Assembly (NCBI GenBank): GCA_965242925.1
Contig: CBDEUM010000030.1
Location: 256,001-320,000 of the forward strand
Origin: Roseibacillus sp.
Lineage (GTDB): Bacteria; Verrucomicrobiota; Verrucomicrobiia; Verrucomicrobiales; Akkermansiaceae
Reading direction: 5' to 3'
Length of the DNA stretch: 64,000 nucleotides
Below the pieces are notes generated by a model. That model saw only the letters and a list, made by a program, of their open reading frames with translations. It did no database searches and had not been told where the DNA came from. Position 1 is the stretch's first letter; each line of letters opens with the position of its first letter. Positions 59,118-64,000 of this stretch are shown here, one piece after another. The position numbers were made by a program, and so were the translations under genes.

Positions 59118-61529
59118 ATGCCTTTCAAGACAACAAGGATTGTACCGCTGCAACTCGTCGCCCTGGTTACTGTCACCGGCTCTCTCCCCGCCCAGCTTCC
59201 TGTTCCGGTTCTGGAATCCATTTTTCCTGCGGGAGGCCAAGCCGGAACCACCGTGGAGGTCACCGTTACCGGGGAGGAACTGGAGGGGGCCACCGGGCTT
59301 CTCTTTTCCACTGCCCGACAAGGGTTCACCATCACCAGCGCAGCCCTTCCCACCACCGTCTCTCCCGGGAATCCCAATCGCTTCCGCCTGCAGATTCCGG
59401 CAAATGCCAAGCCTGGGTGTTACGGTGTCCACGTCCAATGTGCCCGGGGCCTGAGTTCCCCACGTGCCTTTGTGGTAAGCAACAGACCGGAGCTCATTGA
59501 ATCGGGATCAAATACAAGCAGGGACCGGGCCATGAAGATTTTTCCTGGAATCATCGTCAACGGACAGGCAGATGAAAGTGCCAGTGATATCTATCGCCTC
59601 GATCTGAAGGCTGGCGACAAAATCCGGATCGCCTGCGAATCAGAAGCACTCGCCTCCAGGCTCAGTGCAGGACTGGTTCTCTACGACGAGGCCGGACTCG
59701 AACTTGACCGGGATCGCAACAACTCCGATCGCAATGCGATGGTCGCGATGTCCACGCCCGTGGATGGGAGCTATTTCCTCCATGTCTCGGACTTCACCTA
59801 CCGCGGAGGAATCGGCTACACCTATCGTCTCGAGGTCGAACGCGGACCACAGATTTTCTTCCTCTTTCCTCCTGCCGCTCAGTCGGACAAGAACAGCACC
59901 TTTACTCTCTACGGACGCAATCTCCCCGGCAGTGATCCTTCCAAGCGGGTGCAGGTGGGCAACCGTCTACTGGAAACCCTCCAGATCAAGGGGTCGGTCC
60001 ACTCGCTCGAAGAATTCAAGGGTCATGGCCGCATCCGTCAGGCCATGGTGCCGACCAGGTCTTACCGACTTCAGGACGGAAACGATGTCTCGAATCCGGC
60101 ACCGCTGGGCATTGCGTCCGCACCTGTTGTTCTCGAGACCGAGACAGGAACCGACGGGCAACCCCAGAGTGTTCAAATCCCCTGTGAGGTCCAGGGCCGT
60201 TTTCACCGCACCCGCGACCTCGATCGTTACCGCTTCGAAGCCAGTAAGGATGATGAACTCTGGATTGAGTGCCTCGCCCAGCGCATCGGCACCACCGTCG
60301 ACCCAGTCGTTACAATCGAAAGGGTCATCCGGAATGAGCAGAGCGGAGAAACCGCCCAGCAGGCAGGCTCTGTCGACGACCTGGGGGATGACACCGGAGA
60401 ACGCAGGTTTCCACTTCCCTGTGGTGATGCTGCCATGTCCTTCAAGGTTCCCGAGGATGGGACCTATCAGGTCAGTATCCTCAACTTGGCTGGCCGCGGA
60501 GGAATCGACCAGGTCTACCGCTTGGCCATTCGCAAACCACTGCCAGGGTTCGAACTGCTGGCGATTCCCTGGCGCCAGGTTCACATCAAAAACGAAGTGG
60601 ATATCCTTACCCCGGTCCTCCCCCCGGGAGGAAAAACCGAGATCCGGGTCTTTGCCATGCGCCAGGGCGGATTTCAGGGAGAGATCGAACTCAAGATCGA
60701 TGGCCTGCCACCCGGGGTAGAGTGTCCCCCGGTCTCAATGGGTGGTGGCCGGGACTCCATCGTAACGCTCACCGCAGATCCCGGCACCGAACAGTGGGAT
60801 GGCCTCATTTCCGTGCAGGGAACCAGTGGGGGCCTGACGCGAACCGCCAGGATCGGAATGCTTCTCCACCGTGCGAAGGATTTCAGCAAGGAAACCTACT
60901 CCACGGCACTGGCACGAAGCCTCTCTCTTTCCATACCCGGAACGGGGAACCCCTTATCGATCATGATTCCCGGAGAACAGCGCTTTGAGATCACAATCGG
61001 CGACACCCTCGAGATCCCCGTGAAACTGCTCCGGCACCAACCCGGAGAAGAGGTCATCATCAGGTCGAAGGGACTCCCGCACAAGCACCCTGAGCTGAAG
61101 ATCCCCGCGAATTCCGGAAACGGATCACTCGTCATCGCCTCTGGCAAGCGGGACGAATTCCCAAGGGAGCCTGGCACCTGGACATTTCGGCTCATGGCGG
61201 AGGCAGCCTTCCAGCACCAGCCGGGTCCGGCCGCTGTCCTTCATGCCCGGGCTGGGCAAGCCCGCCTCAAGACCGAGGAACGAAAGCTCCTTGAAGAAAT
61301 CCAGGCTTCCCCCTCACTAGGCGCACCGGAAGCCCGCGAGGAAGCAGCGCTTCGCGCAGTGGAAGCGGCCCGAAGACTACCTGTCCTCCAGTCAGCGATA
61401 CGGGCCACCTCCGAGCGAATCAAGGTGATCTCGGAACGCACGCGAGCCAGCAGTCGCAAGATCCAGGTATTCTCCATTCCGCTGAGCATCACGGTCAAGC
61501 CACGTGCCACGGAAGAACCCCCTGAATAA
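59118..61529 (+). CDS. PPC (pre-peptidase C-terminal) domain protein of PVC DUF1501 clusters
   Basis: IFPAGGQAGTTVEVTVTG start, D.YR...K.G, YRGG..Y.YRL, DLDRYRF motifs; late coiled coil. Confidence 0.8.
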   Translation: MPFKTTRIVPLQLVALVTVTGSLPAQLPVPVLESIFPAGGQAGTTVEVTVTGEELEGATGLLFSTARQGFTITSAALPTTVSPGNPNRFRLQIPANAKPGCYGVHVQCARGLSSPRAFVVSNRPELIESGSNTSRDRAMKIFPGIIVNGQADESASDIYRLDLKAGDKIRIACESEALASRLSAGLVLYDEAGLELDRDRNNSDRNAMVAMSTPVDGSYFLHVSDFTYRGGIGYTYRLEVERGPQIFFLFPPAAQSDKNSTFTLYGRNLPGSDPSKRVQVGNRLLETLQIKGSVHSLEEFKGHGRIRQAMVPTRSYRLQDGNDVSNPAPLGIASAPVVLETETGTDGQPQSVQIPCEVQGRFHRTRDLDRYRFEASKDDELWIECLAQRIGTTVDPVVTIERVIRNEQSGETAQQAGSVDDLGDDTGERRFPLPCGDAAMSFKVPEDGTYQVSILNLAGRGGIDQVYRLAIRKPLPGFELLAIPWRQVHIKNEVDILTPVLPPGGKTEIRVFAMRQGGFQGEIELKIDGLPPGVECPPVSMGGGRDSIVTLTADPGTEQWDGLISVQGTSGGLTRTARIGMLLHRAKDFSKETYSTALARSLSLSIPGTGNPLSIMIPGEQRFEITIGDTLEIPVKLLRHQPGEEVIIRSKGLPHKHPELKIPANSGNGSLVIASGKRDEFPREPGTWTFRLMAEAAFQHQPGPAAVLHARAGQARLKTEERKLLEEIQASPSLGAPEAREEAALRAVEAARRLPVLQSAIRATSERIKVISERTRASSRKIQVFSIPLSITVKPRATEEPPE

Positions 61530-61530
61530 C

Positions 61531-61620
61531 CCGCCAGAACCGGAAACATCCCTATTTTTATAGGGTTTATATCCAACAGAGGACCACCCCTGTACGCAGA
61601 ACCCCCCGGGAACGCAGGCA
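61531..61620 (+). repeat. Degenerate copy of tRNA-Sec 3' end/flank (att-like)
   Basis: CCGCCA..CCCTATTTTTATAGGG..CAGAGGACCA..GCAGAACCCCCCGG versus 48428 CCGCCA..CCCTAGTTTTATAGGT..CAGAGGCACCA..GCAGAAAACCCCCGG. Confidence 0.6.
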
Positions 61621-61663
61621 CCATTGCCCCCCGCGCCTCGGCTGTGCTAGGAATCGCGGTGCT

Positions 61664-61762
61664 ATGAAGATGCTCGTCCTGCTGTTTGCCGCGCTACTGG
61701 TCGCGGGTTGTGGTGAGAACGCGGCGAGCAACTCCGCGTTCACGTCAGCTTCTAGGCATTGA
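61664..61762 (+). pseudogene. Lipoprotein signal-peptide stub (MKMLVLLFAALLVAGCGE...) behind B-like promoter
   Basis: Lipobox VAGC, stop after 32 aa. Confidence 0.6.
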
Positions 61763-61806
61763 AGTTTGCAGCAGCTTCAGATTATCGTGACGCTTCGTTC
61801 TTAGCC

Positions 61807-62022
61807 ATGAACCCGCGATCAAACATCCAGCATCCAGCTCGACTCAATGTCGTCACACTCTTCGCCTGCATCTGGGCCTGCGTCGCAACGCCCCTCCACT
61901 CTGCTCCAACTCTCACCACCGATCGCATCCTCCAAAAAGCCCGATCGCACTGGGCGTTCCAACCGCTCAAGTTCGATCTCCCACCGCCCAACTCCAACTC
62001 CGGCTACCAAGGCGCCGAGTGA
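61807..62022 (+). pseudogene. N-terminal fragment of a DUF1549-type protein
   Basis: Signal-like region then ARSHWAFQPL motif; stops at abrupt GC-to-AT switch. Confidence 0.55.
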
Positions 62023-62356
62023 AGAAGTTAAGCCTGTCGAAGAAAAACAGCAGGAGGTTAAGCCTGAAGAACCCGTTGCTGAAACTGAAAAACCAGAACT
62101 GACACTGAAGGAGAGGGTAGTTGGAAAGTGGGATTTCGGAGGAGTTACCCTTATCTTTGATAAAAATGGAACGGCCAAGGCTATGAGAGGAGGAAATTTA
62201 ATAGGTGGTCGAACTTGGTTTATCAAAGATGGAAAGATTCATACAATTAGTGATGGCCCAGCTAAAACAGTGGTGATTTATGTAATGAATGAAGATGGTA
62301 ATTTGCAACATCCCTCTCGCGGTGAAGCAAAAAGAATTAAAACCGAAGACAACTAA
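62021..62356 (+). pseudogene. AT-rich lipoprotein-like body lacking its own start
   Basis: EEVKPVEEKQQEVKPEEPVAETEKPE linker then small beta domain (VVGKWDF); no ATG/RBS of its own. Confidence 0.55.
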
Positions 62357-62391
62357 ACCAACCCGCTCCACCACTTGAACGCCGCAGGGTT

Positions 62392-62473
62392 GTTGCACCC
62401 CCACCTCCCGGGCCGCCATTCAGCCCAGCCGGCAAAAGGAAAATCCTAGCATTCATTGAAGGAAAATCCTAGC
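62392..62473 (+). repeat. Divergent module C3 with duplicated 15-bp end AAGGAAAATCCTAGC
   Basis: GTTGCACCCCCACCT shared with C2; perfect direct repeat at 62436-62450 and 62459-62473. Confidence 0.7.
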
Positions 62474-62611
62474 GTTCCTCGTTCCACTTGTTCGGTCTCG
62501 ATATCAAGGACGTCAACTACGCCTGCCCCAACGGGGTCACCAAGCTGACAGCTCGTCAACGGCCTGCTGAAGAACCCGGTGTGGAAAACCGCAACCCGGA
62601 AGGCCGCCCTG

Positions 62612-64000
62612 ATGTGTAGCGTTCGCCGAATGTCGTGGTTCTCCCGGACCACGCTGGCCGGGTTCACGGTGTTGGTTGCGGCGTTGGCGGGATCGTGCCG
62701 GATCTCGACGGCCGCCGGGCCCAATCTCGTCGCCAACGGTGGCTTGGAAACCGTGGATCCGAAGTACACCGACCGGCCACGGGGGTTCCGACCCGGCCGG
62801 GTCGGCAAGGCGTTCTCCGAGATGACCTGGACATCACCGGGCCACAACAGCCGGCGATGTGTTTCGGTCACGACGAAGGACTCGTCGGGCCTGGGCTACT
62901 GGCAGACCCTGGTGACCGTGGAGCCCCGGACCACCTACACCATTTCACTGGACTACCGGGCCAGGGCCGCGGCGCTGGAGACGGGCATCCCACACTTCCC
63001 TCGTAGTCGACCGGGCGGTCCGAATCTCGAGCTGGGCATGCTGCCGTCGGATGCCACCGTCGCCGGGCAATCGACGACCTGGTCGGATATCGGGATCGCC
63101 CTGGATCCCGTCGGGGGCATCTTCCTGCCGTTGGCGACCGAGTGGTCCCGGTTCCGGCACACGTTCAAGACGCGGGCGGGACAGACCCGGCTGGTCGTCA
63201 AGTTGCGTCTTTGTCATTACGCTCAGCAGGTTTGGTTCGACAACCTCTCTGTTGTCGAAGGCGAGTTGCCGAGGCCCGGGATGGTGGCCGATCCACTGTG
63301 GGCAGCCGGCGACACCACGCCACCGGCGGTCTTCCGTCCTTCGCCGCTTCCGAACACGAAGGCCGCCCGCGATACGATCATCGGGGCCGTCTTCTCCGAA
63401 GACGGGTCGGGCGTCGATCCGAAATCCGCCCGGGTGCTGCTCGACGGAAAGGACGTCACCTCGCTGGCTGTGATCAACGCCGGCGGTCTCCGTCTCTCAC
63501 CGGACCATCCGCTTGCCGAGGGCCCGCATCGCGTCTCGGTTTCGATTGCCGATCGCGGCGGCCTCCGCAGTAACACGCTTGCCTGGCAGTTCGGCGTCGG
63601 TCGAACGCTGCGGAATACGCTGGTAATGAAGGTTGCGAAGGACGTGAAAACCTGGTCCACCCGACTCAACAGCGAGCCATTTTTCCCGATCGGGATCTAT
63701 GCCTACTCCTGCCAACCCGGCGACGGCCGTTTTCGGGCCGATCATCTTCGGCAGGCGGTCGACGCCGGTTTCAACATCGTGTTCAACACGATCGAGACCC
63801 GACAGGGGCTCGACATCGAACTGGCCCACGGCATCATGGGCACGCTGAACATCACGGCCGGATTGAAACACTGCACCGACCCCGAGGCGGCCGCGGTGGC
63901 ATTGATGAAGATGGGGCAGGGCCGCTTCGCCGATCATCCCGGGGTGGTTGCCTTCTGGGCCGACGATCCGGAGAACGTCGAGAACTCGATGGGGACCCCG
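62612..64000 (+). CDS. Secreted carbohydrate-active-like protein (CBM4/9-like, Ig-like, glycoside hydrolase-like barrel); runs off window
   Basis: Manual translation, open to window end: signal peptide, NLVANGGLE...VWFDNLSV, DTTPP Ig-like, FFPIGIYAY, HPGVVAFWADDPE. Confidence 0.7.
   Translation, partial: MCSVRRMSWFSRTTLAGFTVLVAALAGSCRISTAAGPNLVANGGLETVDPKYTDRPRGFRPGRVGKAFSEMTWTSPGHNSRRCVSVTTKDSSGLGYWQTLVTVEPRTTYTISLDYRARAAALETGIPHFPRSRPGGPNLELGMLPSDATVAGQSTTWSDIGIALDPVGGIFLPLATEWSRFRHTFKTRAGQTRLVVKLRLCHYAQQVWFDNLSVVEGELPRPGMVADPLWAAGDTTPPAVFRPSPLPNTKAARDTIIGAVFSEDGSGVDPKSARVLLDGKDVTSLAVINAGGLRLSPDHPLAEGPHRVSVSIADRGGLRSNTLAWQFGVGRTLRNTLVMKVAKDVKTWSTRLNSEPFFPIGIYAYSCQPGDGRFRADHLRQAVDAGFNIVFNTIETRQGLDIELAHGIMGTLNITAGLKHCTDPEAAAVALMKMGQGRFADHPGVVAFWADDPENVENSMGTP

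Larger units (their letters stand above)
48434..64000. mobile_element. tRNA-Sec-anchored genomic island (mosaic; no integrase seen; continues past window)
   Basis: Starts at tRNA 3' end; att-like flank repeated at 61531; heterogeneous cargo, gene fragments and recurring junction repeats. Confidence 0.75.

Noticed and set aside
61664..62030. Selenocysteine read-through at TGA 61760 or 62020
   Set aside because: In-frame TAG/TAA follows within a few codons, with no redox motif and no obvious bSECIS
49569..62473. Classical integron attC array
   Set aside because: No RYYYAAC/GTTRRRY-bounded palindromes, no intI, and cargo includes multi-gene blocks and fragments in both orientations

Overview
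GC-rich bacterial window, most likely a Verrucomicrobiales/PVC-superphylum genome. This is inferred from the DUF1501 and DUF1549/1553 families, the RsmA-Nudix fusion and the H1-like DksA; no database search was run. Positions 1-48 kb are mostly core genome: stand-alone fusA (partial), a cysteine hydrolase, a DUF1549/1553+DUF1501 pair and an oxoprolinase (these three with single-base indels), def, exbD/exbB/tonB-like, rsmA-Nudix, pgsA-like, der, oppD, folE2, rpsR, rpmG, dksA-like, scpB, pheA, a Ser/Thr kinase, htpG, an FHA protein, proAB, argS, PTS IIA, trkHA, a long TPR protein and a ~2000-aa PD40/TonB-like/prenyltransferase-repeat protein containing a 15-bp VNTR. A UCA-anticodon tRNA-Sec (48340-48433) with an apparently 12-bp acceptor/T branch is followed by an accessory island running to the window end. 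The island holds unrelated, compositionally heterogeneous cargo genes and gene scraps. These are separated by a small recurring set of non-coding modules (A, B promoter-like, C ending in CCTAGC), with a degenerate second copy of the tRNA-flanking att-like sequence at ~61.5 kb. No integrase or transposase is visible. This cassette-like array is the best candidate for an undescribed system.
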